A stretch of DNA of 64,000 nt from contig NC_047080.1 in NCBI RefSeq assembly GCF_902459465.1, positions 4,526,001 to 4,590,000 on the forward strand. Direction: 5' to 3'. The translations under genes and the position numbers were made by a program. The notes beneath the pieces are model-generated. The model did not search any database. It was given only the letters and a program-made list of their open reading frames with translations, and was not told the origin of the DNA. Positions 36,901 to 48,500 of this stretch are shown in pieces (the first letter of the stretch is position 1; the number at the start of each line of letters is the position of its first letter). The DNA is from Asterias rubens. Its lineage: Eukaryota.

Positions 36901-39900
36901 GACTGGTTATGAGGAACTAATGTCTGTCCCACAGGGTTTTAGCACCTTTAATAGACTAGCTTATCAGTGATTTTGGTGCATATTAACTGATGAGGAACAA
37001 TCTCATGAAGAATTGCATGAAACATCCAAATCAAGGAGATGCCTGATCAAGGTGAAGTAGTTGTCCAGAGGAGGAGTTATTGACTGGTTATGAGGAACTT
37101 ATGCCTGGCACACAGGGCTTTATCTAATTTCATGGACTATTTTTGAAATTATATCATATCTACATATTTGGGTACTGTTATCTTTCCCAGGCAATAACTG
37201 CGCAGAACATGGGGTAGCCTGGCTCTTGAACCGTGTCTCTGTCACACTACACTGGACGACATCTCTTTATGTGAATGAGTTAATGTCAGAGCTACTGCCT
37301 CAGCAAAAAAAGGTGAGGGGAGTGTTATTTCTGTCAAAAAAAGAAATTCATAAATACCTCAGACAGTTTCGCTATTCCTATTGGTGGAGAGTGCGTCACG
37401 TGGGGGTGTTTAAACCATTGATAATGACCAGTGTTTATAACGGTTGTCCGCGCTAGTCTTGATGCAAGACGTTTCATGTTACGGGTGATGCAGGCGCTGT
37501 CGGTGATTTGGCCACGCTGTGTGTGAAAGGAAAACCAGCGAATATGCACCAAGACTATACGCGCATGCGCACGAACGGAACCGGAAAACACGCGTGTACG
37601 GACATCGTACATGCCATTCAACACGTATACTAAACATACCATGGAGGTGGAAACATACAGAGCTCAAGCACTCGGAAACGGATAAGTTTTACAGTGTTTC
37701 TTACTTTATTACGCATTTTAACCAAAAAGGTATTTATGAATGGGAATCAAAGTGTGTTGAATCGGTTTTCAACTAGTGGTTTAAACCCACCGAGGCCTGG
37801 TTCTTGATAATTTACCTCGACTTCGTCTTGGTAAAATTATCAAGAACCAGGCCTCGTTGGGATTAAACCACTAGTTGAAAACCTCTTCACCACACATTGA
37901 AAATAAAAAGTGATGTTGCAAAAGAGCCTTGCAATCAAGCCCGTTTTGTTTTGCATCCCTGCAGTGATTCCAGAAGAAAGTCCCAAGTGTTAGCAATAGA
38001 TTATCAAGAATCTCTTTTTTCTCAAACTTTGAACTCAAACTAACTTTGTTTTTTCGCCTCTGTTTTTAAAGACTATTCCAGAGTGCTTGTTCGACATCTG
38101 CAACTTCCCTGATTCTTCCTGGTATCCTGTAGCATCTGATGACACTTCAAGTAAGCCACTCTTGTCTATCTATAAAGAACAAATCAAAATTTAGTGTAGA
38201 GATGGCGTCTGGCGATTTGAGTAAAAAGGGTTGTCTACAATTTTAAGAGGCTCTGATATAAGATTGCTGTATTAAGGCATCCTTCGATCAATAAACTCAA
38301 ATACCCCAAAATAATTTGAGCAAAAACAAGCAAGGCACCAATTTTAATAGTTTGCATTTTGTCCTTACCACCTTTTTGAAATTGGTCCCAGAATGATGAA
38401 TTTCAATTTACCCGAATATAAGTGAGTTTAAATGTTTGTATTTCATTAACATTCTGAATCTCTCTTGTGTAGGAGCTCTACCTTTGGTCGAGACACTGAC
38501 AGATTTACTACAGTGTAGTCGAGTTTCAGACAAAATGGTTGACATTTTGGTCCAGGTAAATATTTATTAAAAAACTGTTTACATATTTGCAAAATTTGCT
38601 TTCTGCAGTCAAAGGCGTGTAAACAAAACAGGAACCATTAAAATCAGGAAAGTTGTTGTACTTGTTCATGCATCTTTGATTACTCCCATAAGGAAACCAA
38701 TTATTTAAATTTCCCTGTGAAAGCAAAACAAAAAAATATTATAACCAGGAGTTTTTGTTTCATGTTTTTTGGATAACTCCTATAAATAAACCAATTTGTT
38801 CAACTTCTTTCAGAAGCAATAGTAAAAGAAAACATATTTGTTTGCTTTTTTTGAAGACTGTCAATTTCATTATGCGTTTTTTATTTTGACCTTGTTATGT
38901 TTAGGGTCTTCAAGTGAAGGAGATTCCCCATCAGAGTTTCCAAGAGGCAATCACGCTGGCCCTTGTACAGGTGTTGCCCCACTGCATCATGGGAGAATGG
39001 CAATGCATCATGGGAATGCTGAAGCAACTTCTAGCCAATGAGATCCTCTGCGTGCCGTGCAGCACGCAGTATTTGACAGAACTTCCTATGGTGAATATTT
39101 CAGGTATTGAGCATGTTTGTGCAACTTTGATGACTAATTGAGCCCAAATTATCACAGGTGTGTTATTTTATGCATTTGTTTGGATACACCAAGTGGGAAG
39201 ACTGGTTTGTGACAATGAGGGGCTTTGACAAACTTGTTCGGTGCCTTTAATTTTATTGTTTTATTTATTGTTATTTTGTCCGTTTGCAGGGTTCAAAGTT
39301 CACCTCAGCCTTTCTCAGCTGCTTCTATCGGTGATGCAACTTCTGACCAGCCCCTGCTGTCAAGACTGGGCAACCCCACAGCTTCTCCATCATGTGACCC
39401 GTTGCCACGTTAACACCATGCAGGTAATAAAACGGCACCACTGAAGTGGTTTGTAAGCACCATCACTTCAAAATCATCACGCCATCAGGCAAACTAGGGT
39501 CCATGTTGTGGACCAATTTGACAAAGTTCTTTGGCACACAAAAATGTGAAGCGATTTCCCTTACCTCAAAAAAATAGTTACTAGACAAAATACTATGCCA
39601 TGTGTAATTTGTGGTTCCCTACGGTTGACCTTATGAAGTTTCTGTTGACGAAGCTCTGTGCAATTTGACTTTGACCTGAGTGAAATTACACTCTGACACA
39701 AGGAGCCATTTATGTGTAAGATTTGAAGATTGTCTGGTACAATGACGTGCTTGATCACAAGTTACTACTTAAAGGCAGTGGACACTATTGGTATTTGTCA
39801 AAAACTAGCCTTCACAGTTGGTGTATCTCAACATATGCATAAAATAATAAACCTGTGAAAATTTGAGCTCAATCGGTCATCAAACTTGCGAGATAATGAA

Positions 39901-40809
39901 AGAAAAAAACACCCATGTCACACGAAGTTGTTTGCGTTTAGATGGTTAATTTTGAGACCTCAATTTCTAAATCTGAGGTCTTGAAATCAAATTCGTGGAA
40001 AATTACTTCTTTCTCGAAAACTATGGCACTTCAGAGGGAGCCGTTTCTCACAATGTTTTATACCATCAGCCTCTCCCCATTACTCGTCACCAAGAAAGGT
40101 TTTATGCTTATAATTATTTTGAGTAATTACCAATAGTGTCCACTGCCTTTAAATTAGAATTCCTCAGACAAAGAGACAGTTGCTACAATGTATGTCACAT
40201 AATTAGGAGCAATATTTTGTAGGGTTACGTCAGAAATGGTGAACAGCTATATGTCACAATGGTACTAGGGTTTGCTCATCTGGAGGTTGCAAAGGCTTGC
40301 CCCTAACCATTTGACTCAGCAACTGTCTGAGGAATTCAAATGTAAGCGGTACATTGCGACTTAGCAAGTCATTGGACTAGACATTATTCTAATTTAATTC
40401 TAAAAACGACTCATTATCATATGTAGACCAACGCTTTTCGAAAGTTATTTTATAATCTTGACTTCTTTCAGTATCTTTTTTTCCGTTTTATCACTTTCTC
40501 AACCAGAGTTTAACCCCTGAGATATTGACCTCTGACCTTCACAATGAATCAGCGAGCCTGTTTGTGATTGGTCAGTTCTTTTGCCACACATGCGAGGTGA
40601 TCAGTGTACTACCAACACATGAACTGAAGGAACAAGTTTTCGTCTTGACATTGCAGTTCATGTCACATCTGGAGGAAATGATGAATCATTCAAAAGATGT
40701 AAATCAAGAGTGGACTAATCAGAAGGCACTATTGGAACTTGTAGCCAATCAGAAGCTAGCAGGGGAGCAGAAGAAAACACTTCTTCAAAAGATCACCAAT
40801 ATATCATAA
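30913..40809 (+). CDS. GEMIN4: Gem-associated protein 4 (SMN complex), ~1134 aa
   Basis: 15 phase-consistent exons: 30913-30950, 31055-31508, 32044-33043, 33434-33530, 33653-33734, 34043-34225, 34531-34638, 35274-35426, 36139-36508, 37191-37312, 38072-38150, 38473-38555, 38905-39103, 39290-39423, 40507-40809. WHFKLHAILLCKLL, AITLALVQVLPHC and the C-terminus EQKKTLLQKITNIS resemble human GEMIN4 as I recall it (WKKKALIIIWAKVL; EERRQTLLQKMSSF). Confidence 0.8.
34855..35231. mobile_element. TTAA-flanked MITE, family A variant
   Basis: ttaaagggacggtacacgtttggtaa ... ccaatgtgtacctttaa. Confidence 0.8.
35659..36051. mobile_element. TTAA-flanked fold-back MITE, family C
   Basis: ttaaaggaacacgttgccttggatcgg ... 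ccgatccaaggcaacgtgttcctttaa. The two halves are inverted copies. Confidence 0.9.
36473..37140 (+). repeat. Tandem array, ~181-bp unit x ~3.7, containing the GEMIN4 exon 9 end and donor
   Basis: Units start near 36473, 36648, 36829 and 37010, each with attgc..atcaaggag..atcaag|gt..ccagaggag..ttattgactggttatgag. Confidence 0.9.
37335..37905. repeat. Dispersed repeat with terminal ~115-bp hairpin
   Basis: Homologous to 47520-47975, 43745-43830 and 12012-12160. Confidence 0.7.
39769..40152. mobile_element. TTAA-flanked MITE, family A
   Basis: ttaaaggcagtggacactattgg ... ccaatagtgtccactgcctttaa. Confidence 0.9.
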
Positions 40810-42199
40810 ATACATTTTTTGGTTGAACAAAGAAACATCAACTAGTTTGGGACTTGACCCGATGACCTGTACCAACTCTACAAACTGAGCTACATAACAT
40901 GTATCTAGCCCACTGTATGGCGAATTCCCTTTTTTTGTCAATAGCTTTGTTTGGTGGTGCTAGTCAGAAGACATACAACCTAAAACTGCCATGTAGCCAG
41001 GGATCACCCCCAAGTTTATGATACACCATGGGAAGCGGCAGCAGATGCAACTTAAAGTTTCAAATATCAAGTATAAACACAAGGGAAAATGACTGGGTAA
41101 ATTTTAAAATAACTGGGGTTGATCGAAGGACAATTTATTTATAATTTGGGTTATAATTTCACCCCAAGTTAATCTTGCATTGTTTACAACACAATCTGAC
41201 TATAAAAACAATAAAAGAAAACGGTCATGACACATACTGTAATTTTACTTTATTTTTTTATTGAAAACAGCTTTTTTCCAGCTCCACTGCAACTTGGTAA
41301 ATTTTACCTGAAAATATTTTGATTACAATAAATAAAACAACACCTGAGAAAGTACAAAGGACCAGTAAAAGCGAGCACTAAAATCTGAGATTGAAAATGG
41401 TTGAAATTGTTTAAAATTGCTGAAATTGTTTTCAAGGGTATGCCGGCCAGACTACTTTATGGATACATTGGAGGTAATTGCCTCCATTTCCCCTGGCAGT
41501 TGCCTTGCTGCCCTGTGAAATGTTCCTCTCAAAATTTACAATTCCCTCATAGTGACGCCCTTTACCAAGGAGAAAACTCTTTGGTGCCCTTGCCTGTTCA
41601 AAAACAAAGCGTCAGGTCTCGGTAGAACAATTAAATATTTGCAAAACATGAGATAACAGAAAATACACATCTGTTACAGTATGGCAACATGTATTGGATT
41701 TACTGTGGAAAACTGTAGCCAGTATCAGTGTTGGTTTCAAGATCCTTCTATCTGCGTTTGCATCAGCATTTTTTCCATCAACAGAGGGCGCAATTTACTT
41801 CCTCCATTGTATGACTATACAGCTGTACATAGACAAGATATTTCAGAATAAAACCAGTTGTTTCTGTTAATCAATGAATGTTTGTACCCTGTTTCTTTTT
41901 CCCCGAGTGAAAACCCACACTTTTAGATTAACGACTTCCTGTCCCAACAGGTGGACTTGGAAAGTCCGTGGGCGCCGGGTTTTTTCAAAACCTCATGCCC
42001 CGGTTCGAGCTCCGTTGTCAATTTGGAACAAACTGCACATTTTGTACTGGAGCCTATGCCAAAGTTTTGAAAAAGCCCTGGGCTCGATTTCACAATGTCC
42101 ATCTAAGGATAATTGTCCATAACCCCCCCCCCCCCATAAAAATACAAATCTTAAAATAAATTTGAACACTTGAAATTGGGCCCTGATCTTGCAACTGGT

Positions 42200-44775
42200 T
42201 CACACATAGAAGGCAGTGTTGAATGTCTTTGTTCGATACCTTTCTAGAACATTCACATGACTGTATGGACACTGCAAGAAAAAACACACCAAGAAAGAAA
42301 ATTAATAAATATGTACCGGTACTCCATATTGAATTGTAAACAATTCAAAAAACTGGGAACTTCCTCAAAAGTTTGTTATTGCCATTAATTTTAAGAGTGA
42401 TTATAAAGCATACCTTCCCTTTTAAATGAATGATCTGTATCGAATAATTAAAGGCAGTGGACACTATTGGTAATTACTCAAAATAATTATTAGCATAAAA
42501 CCTTACTTGGTAACGAGTAATGGGGAGAGGTTGATAGTATAAAACATTGTGAGAAACAGCTCCCTCCGAAGTGACATTGTTTTCGAGAAAGAAGTAAATT
42601 TCCACGAATTTGATTTTGGAGACCTCAGATTTAGAATTTGAGGTCTCGAAATCAAGCATCTGAAAGCACACAACTGTGTGACAAGAGAGTTTGTTCTTTC
42701 ATTATTATCTCGCAACTTCGACGACCGATTGGGCTAAAATTTTCACAGGTTTGTTATTTTATGCATATGTTGAGATACACTAACTGTGAAGACTGGTCTT
42801 TGAGTGTTTGACAATTACCAACAGTGTCCAGTGTCTTTATTTGCTAAAATGCCAAACTTTCGTCATCTGTCGATGTCAATTTCATACTCACATGTCGACA
42901 ACAACTGCCACAGCATTTGCCCCTAGCGATGTGATAGGGCTGAGTCAGAACGACATATCCTGTACTTGGATCTGTGTAAGAAACTTCTCCAGCCTGTTAC
43001 CATGGAAAACAAGATAACACAATTTAGCTATTAATACAGTAACATAAACTCTTCAGGAATTGTGTTCGCCTGAAGTGCCCCATTGGGTAGATACATGTAC
43101 AATTAAAAGCAGATGTACCCAAAAGACCCAATCAGTTCGCCCAACTGTTCGTCCTAGTGTTTTCATGGTGCACAGAAACCGCTGAAAATCATTAAGAAAA
43201 AGTGCTTGACCAAGAAACTGGGGAGCACTTTTTCAAAAAAAGTTGACATCTGTGGCCGTATGTTCAACTACTGGTATGACTGCAGGATGTCAAAGCTTTT
43301 TAATAGGAGTACAGTGCCCCAGTCCTATAATAACAATTTAAAAAGCAGATGCACACAAAAGACCCCATCAGTTCGCCCAACTGTTCGCCCTAGTGTTTTC
43401 ATGGTGAACAGAAATTGCTGAAAATGTAGAAAAAGTGCTTGACCAAGAAACTAGGGAGCACTTCTTCTAAAAAAGTTGACATTTGTGGCAGTATGTACAA
43501 CTACTGGTATGACTTCAGGATGTCAAAGCTTTTTAACAAAAATGACAGTGCCCAAGTCATATAATAAACAAGAGTATCTGTGACAATCGTACCCAAAGGT
43601 TCAAGCAGCAATCAGGTCTACTATAGATACTGACCACAACAAACTGGAACCATAAATAAGGGAATTAAAGGGTAGCGACGAGTTCTTACAGCACGGCCGT
43701 TTACAGCTGGCAGGGTCGAAGTGTCGCATGATAAAGGCCCTAGGGCGAACAGCTGGTCATTATCAACCGTTTAAACACCCCCACGTGACGCGCTCTCCAC
43801 CAATGAGTAGCGAAACTATCTGGGGTATTTATGAATTAATAATAATTAATTCAACAACTATTGTATTAAAAACTAAAATAGACTCCATAGACCTTTTCGC
43901 CGCAAATGCTAATTGCGCAAGCGCTAACTGTAAAATGAGGTGATGCTGGTCTAGCTAGTGACCGCTAAAGTAAAGCTAGACCAGGCCCCTCATTCCACAC
44001 TCAACGCGCACGTACTGAGCCGAGTATCGTCACACTATCAGAAAGTTCAAACATCATCCTCACTTATAGCTATAGGCAAAAGGAAGCAGACGTTCCCATT
44101 GGACTATACTACAGTAGTTGCGATAACGTAACCCTCCTCCTGACGGCCGCCAGGAGGAGGGTTACGTTATCACAACTAATACTAGGTATGCTCTTGTAGT
44201 AGTGTGATAGTGCACGACAAGCGTTTGTGTGTTTAATGCCAGCAAGGGGGTCTATTTACAAACTACATCAACCATGCATCAACTAAATTGCACTATTTTC
44301 GTACTTCGCAAGCCTCCTTATGTAATCTGTAAATGCTCCTCTCTTCTGTCGTTAATTTATCCAATGAAACTGCTGCATCATCAACGACGGAAGTCAACGG
44401 CATAGAAACAGAAGATGAATTCCTTGAAGACGAATTCCTGGCAGACCGATTCCTAGAAGACCGATTCCTAGAAGACGAGTTACTAGAAGACATTGAAGAA
44501 GAAGATCCTCCATTGTCTTTATTTTCTTCATTGTTTCCATCTTCCTTTCTCGGTGAATTCTGTTCCAAGACTTCGCTGTTCTCTGCTACCATTTTGCTCT
44601 TAGTTCTGATTGAAGACATTTTTACGGCGAGATTCGACCTCATCAGTTTAGATCTGTTCTTTGGAGCGGACAAACTTTTTGGTCGAGCAGCTGCTACATC
44701 TTGGAAGAAATATCTACAGAGTGAAAGAGGATGCCAGCTCTGCATCAATTTTGATAGAAACTGACAACGATGCAT
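42200..44775 (-). CDS. C1orf53: C1orf53 homolog (DUF5522 family), ~214 aa
   Basis: Exons 44775-44305, 42993-42892, 42271-42200. Spliced C-terminus IYRLHKEACE|AGEVSYTDPSTGYVVLTQPYHIARGKCCGSCCRH|CPYSHVNV..FNTAFYV matches the DUF5522 signature (YVDPATGYVVLT..RGECCGSACRHCPY..FNSYFYV). Confidence 0.9.
42448..42839. mobile_element. TTAA-flanked MITE, family A
   Basis: ttaaaggcagtggacactattggtaatt ... aattaccaacagtgtccagtgtcttta. Confidence 0.85.
43101..43568. repeat. Direct tandem duplication, ~235-bp unit x2
   Basis: aattaaaagcagatg..cagttcgcccaactgttcg..gtgcttgaccaagaaac..ggatgtcaaagc repeats from 43101 and 43335. Confidence 0.9.
44114..44178. repeat. Near-perfect ~65-bp hairpin element
   Basis: tagttgcgataacgtaaccctcctcctg-loop-caggaggagggttacgttatcacaacta. 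Related copy at ~47431-47494. Confidence 0.8.
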
Positions 44776-45582
44776 TTCATAACTGATAAAATGTATTTCA
44801 AAATTATTGACTCTGAGTCAAAAGTGTTTTGGCAGAATTACTCCTATTAGGTAGAACACTGGTTTCTGTCTGTAGAAGCTTGTGGGAAATCAAGATGGTT
44901 AAGATGGTGCCGTCCGGATGGATGGGAGGGACCGGTGGAAGGACTACTTCTACACGAACAGCTGATCGATTGTAATTTCTTAGTTGCCTTCATTCATTGG
45001 CCGTCGTTTTGATGTATGTGACGTTTGAGTACGTGTAAAGGCCGAGTTATAGTCGGTCGCGCGATGGTCGGGCGTCGGAAATCTAGACGCGCGATTATAA
45101 AAAGACACGGTTTTTAAGCCTCAGTCTTAGGATTGCGCGCAAGATTTCCGTCGCGCGACCATCGCGCGACCGACTATAAACCGGCCTTTACCCAACCCAG
45201 TTCGTAATAAAATAGACGACTGTTTTATGCACGCAGTTTTTGACATCGCGAAACCATTCTGGAGTGGGGGAGGAGGTAAAGTTGGTCATTTGGAAAAGCG
45301 GGAGAGGAAAATATTTGCAAAAATTCAAAACAAAAAGTTAAATTTAAAAATGATTAAGTCTGAAAAAACTTGTCTCAAATTTAAATAAATAGTAATTGAA
45401 GTGTTTTAGCTTCCTTAAAAAAATAAGTTGTTCCATCCATCTAATAAACGCCCTCGTATTGGACCATACCATTATCGTACAAGTCGAACAAAATGGCTGA
45501 CAATATTGCGGAAAGGATGTGGATAAATAACTAGTTCACTGACGAAAGGAAGTTGCAATTTTAACCCTTTAGGACCCGCAAC
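44776..45582. promoter_or_regulatory. Putative bidirectional promoter, C1orf53/DENND1
   Basis: Divergent ATGs at 44775(-) and 45583(+), ~0.8 kb apart, locally CpG-enriched. Confidence 0.6.
45036..45190. mobile_element. CpG-rich palindromic MITE
   Basis: taaaggccgagttatagtcggtcgcgcgatggtcg ... cgaccatcgcgcgaccgactataaaccggccttta. Confidence 0.8.
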
Positions 45583-48500
45583 ATGGGCTGCAGACTAAAG
45601 TAAGTCATCTGTCATAAACTAAACTTGTTAATAATGACCAATTAGTGGGGAAAAATATTTCTTTGTCTTGGTTTTAACAGTTGTTTTTCCGCACTTTCAA
45701 CATGTTCAAGAATAAAATGTGTTGCAATATTGGCCGTCTACTGTCTTGGTGGGAGGGCGTGCTAACTTGAGTTTCAGCAATCATGGTTACTGACTTTCCA
45801 TGGTTTCATGGCTGTTGACTGTCACTTGCTTGAATTGAAGTTTTAAAAAGGCAAATGACATGTCATTGTCCCCACTGTCGGTGTCATTGTCATGGAATGG
45901 GTGTAAACTAAAAGTGTAGTCTCAGAACCAGACAGGCATGACATTTTTTGACAGGTGATGTTGATTTTCACTGACTGACACAAAACCAAGAAAGACACAG
46001 ACAGGACTTGTGTTTTTGTGGTGTGATGTTGACACAACACAAGTGACACAAACAGTAGTGTCAGTGAGTGACATGACATCCCTAGTCCTTACTAAATATG
46101 CTTGCCCCATCAATAGTGCCAAACGCTGGACTCACTCCGCTTCTTGGCCCGGATAACTTTCAGAATTCAGTATGCACCACCACCTTTTCACTAATTTTTA
46201 CAAAAAGGAATATCTCATTTGAGGTAAATTAGTCTATTTTTCATATCAAATGAAAAAGTGGTGGCTCTTATGGAATAATTCTTTGAAGAGAAACCATTTA
46301 TGCCTAGATTTTTCCCCAGTTGTCACTTACCTCAGCTCAGTCAATAAACTACAATTACATGCACAAAAGTATTTTGCAAATGTGCATCCTCCTTACGTAG
46401 GCTTTAGTTAGGTGTATTTTATGAACAAAATCAGAGAAATGGAACAGATCAGAATTTGTAACGACCCGCAGATGATGTTAGCTATTGCGCATGCATGCTG
46501 ACATGACAGACAGCCCTGTGACCTTTGTGAATAATTGGTTGCACACACCAGACTGGATCCATCATATCTGCTGTATGATGAAATATAAGGGAAAAGTTTC
46601 CGTATCACGCCACCAACTTTTCATTCAACATGAAATAATAAAGTATCTAATTTACCTGAATGAGATATCTCTTTTTGTAAAAATTAGTGAAAAAGTGGTG
46701 GCGCCATACGGAAAGTTATCCAATATAAGATTACATACACAAGCTAGTAATATACACTGGTCGACAACATACAAATTGTATGCCGATTCGAAGAAAATCT
46801 TTTTACAAGTTACTCATAAATCGAGGAATATATGCTCTACGACGTGTATGATGCCCAATTCCGCGCTCTCGTGGTTGGGTTCATCCAAGGTGAAAGGGGG
46901 AGGGGAATGTTTTTTACCCTGACCCAACCCCAACCTTCCCCCACCCACAATTAACAATCCCAACCCTAACCCTACCCCTACCCCCACCCTACCCCTAATC
47001 CTACCCTAACCCTACCCCCACCCTACCCCTAACCCTAACCCAACCCTATATTCTAACCCTATCCCTACCCCCAAACCCTCACCCTGATCCCCCCCCCCTA
47101 ACCACGCCACTGTAATATGCATGGTTGTGGCAAGGAATTGTCGTTCGTATCTTCCAAAATCATCACAAGAATGCTCTGGCAAGTTACACAGTAGGGCTCT
47201 TCAATAGGCAAGATAAATACAAGTAGAACAAATTCCACAAAGCCTTGTTTTAATTTAGTGGTCCTGAAAATCCCACAGTTTAAAAAATCCTATGAAGAAG
47301 AAGAACACTGATTTCAGTAAATAAATAAACGAGTAAGTAGCACACAGGTCAAGCTAAGAAGTTGGTGTTTACTACTTGTACTACATTTAATGTTTACACA
47401 ATTTACGCTGATCTAGTGTAAAGGTTTGAGCCTAGTGATAACATAACCCTCCTGCTACGCCATCGGCAGGAGGGTTATGATAAATCGCAACTAGGTTGAG
47501 CCCTGTCTAATAAAGCACATTCAGCATTCATAAATACCTAAGACAGTTTATCCATTCTGATTGGTCGAGAGGGCATCACGAGGTGTTGTTTGAACGGATG
47601 ATATAACACCAGTAAAAAGTGTTATAACATGGGCGTGACACGCGCGCTTGGACCTGTGCGTATAAGAAAGTTTCTTCATTCCTATTGGTTGAGAGCAACG
47701 GCCAGGACAGTTGTGCCACATCACGCGATACGCGGTACGCCCACATCATTCCCTTATAAGGAATTGTTTACCTGATCGGGCCGAGGGCCTAACCATTTCA
47801 TTACTGGAGGGGTGTTGTGTTGAAAGAAATCATTGAATAATTATAATTTTTGCATTTATTTTACCTTTTGACCGAAAAGGTATTTATGAATGGGAAATAA
47901 ATTATCAAGTCCAGGCCTCAGCGCAGGTTTAAACCACTAGTTGAAAACCTCTTCACCACACATTGATTCCCTTAATCATAAAGTTATAGATTCCAATGTA
48001 AAAACACGATGGCTGGCATACATGCACGCAAACTATGAAAATGAATAAAACTCATGAGCCATGACCAAATGGAATGATTTCATTGTTAATTCCACAAATG
48101 CAAAGTTCATATTTTTGAAAAGGGTTCATAAATTTTTATGTGTTCTATGATTGCAAGTCAGTAGTTCATTGGTAGTTCATTTTTGGTCAAAAATAGTTAT
48201 GAAATGAATGAAAAGGTAACAAAACTCCAATTGACCACTTTTAACAGCAGAATTACTTGCAATAAATCTTAACTTTACTGCCTGTAGGCCCCTTTATTGT
48301 TTAATAATATAACAATCAGCGGAAAAGCCAATTCGTTTTTCTTGCTTCTGATCCCTGGCTATTCTGCAGTTCCAGATTGAATAGCTTCTGACTGGCACCC
48401 CTCCCCCCTGAACAAAGATGTTGGCAAAATAGGGAGACCACAAAACTTGCGTCTACATGTAGATAATGGTAGTTGCCAGCACGTTGATCTGGAGGTCATT

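Noticed and set aside
44333-44764. 143-aa plus-strand acidic ORF
   Set aside because: Antisense of the C1orf53 Ser/Arg repeat exon.
46917-47105. True telomere or chromosome-fusion site
   Set aside because: Short, degenerate, single orientation, inside an intact gene.
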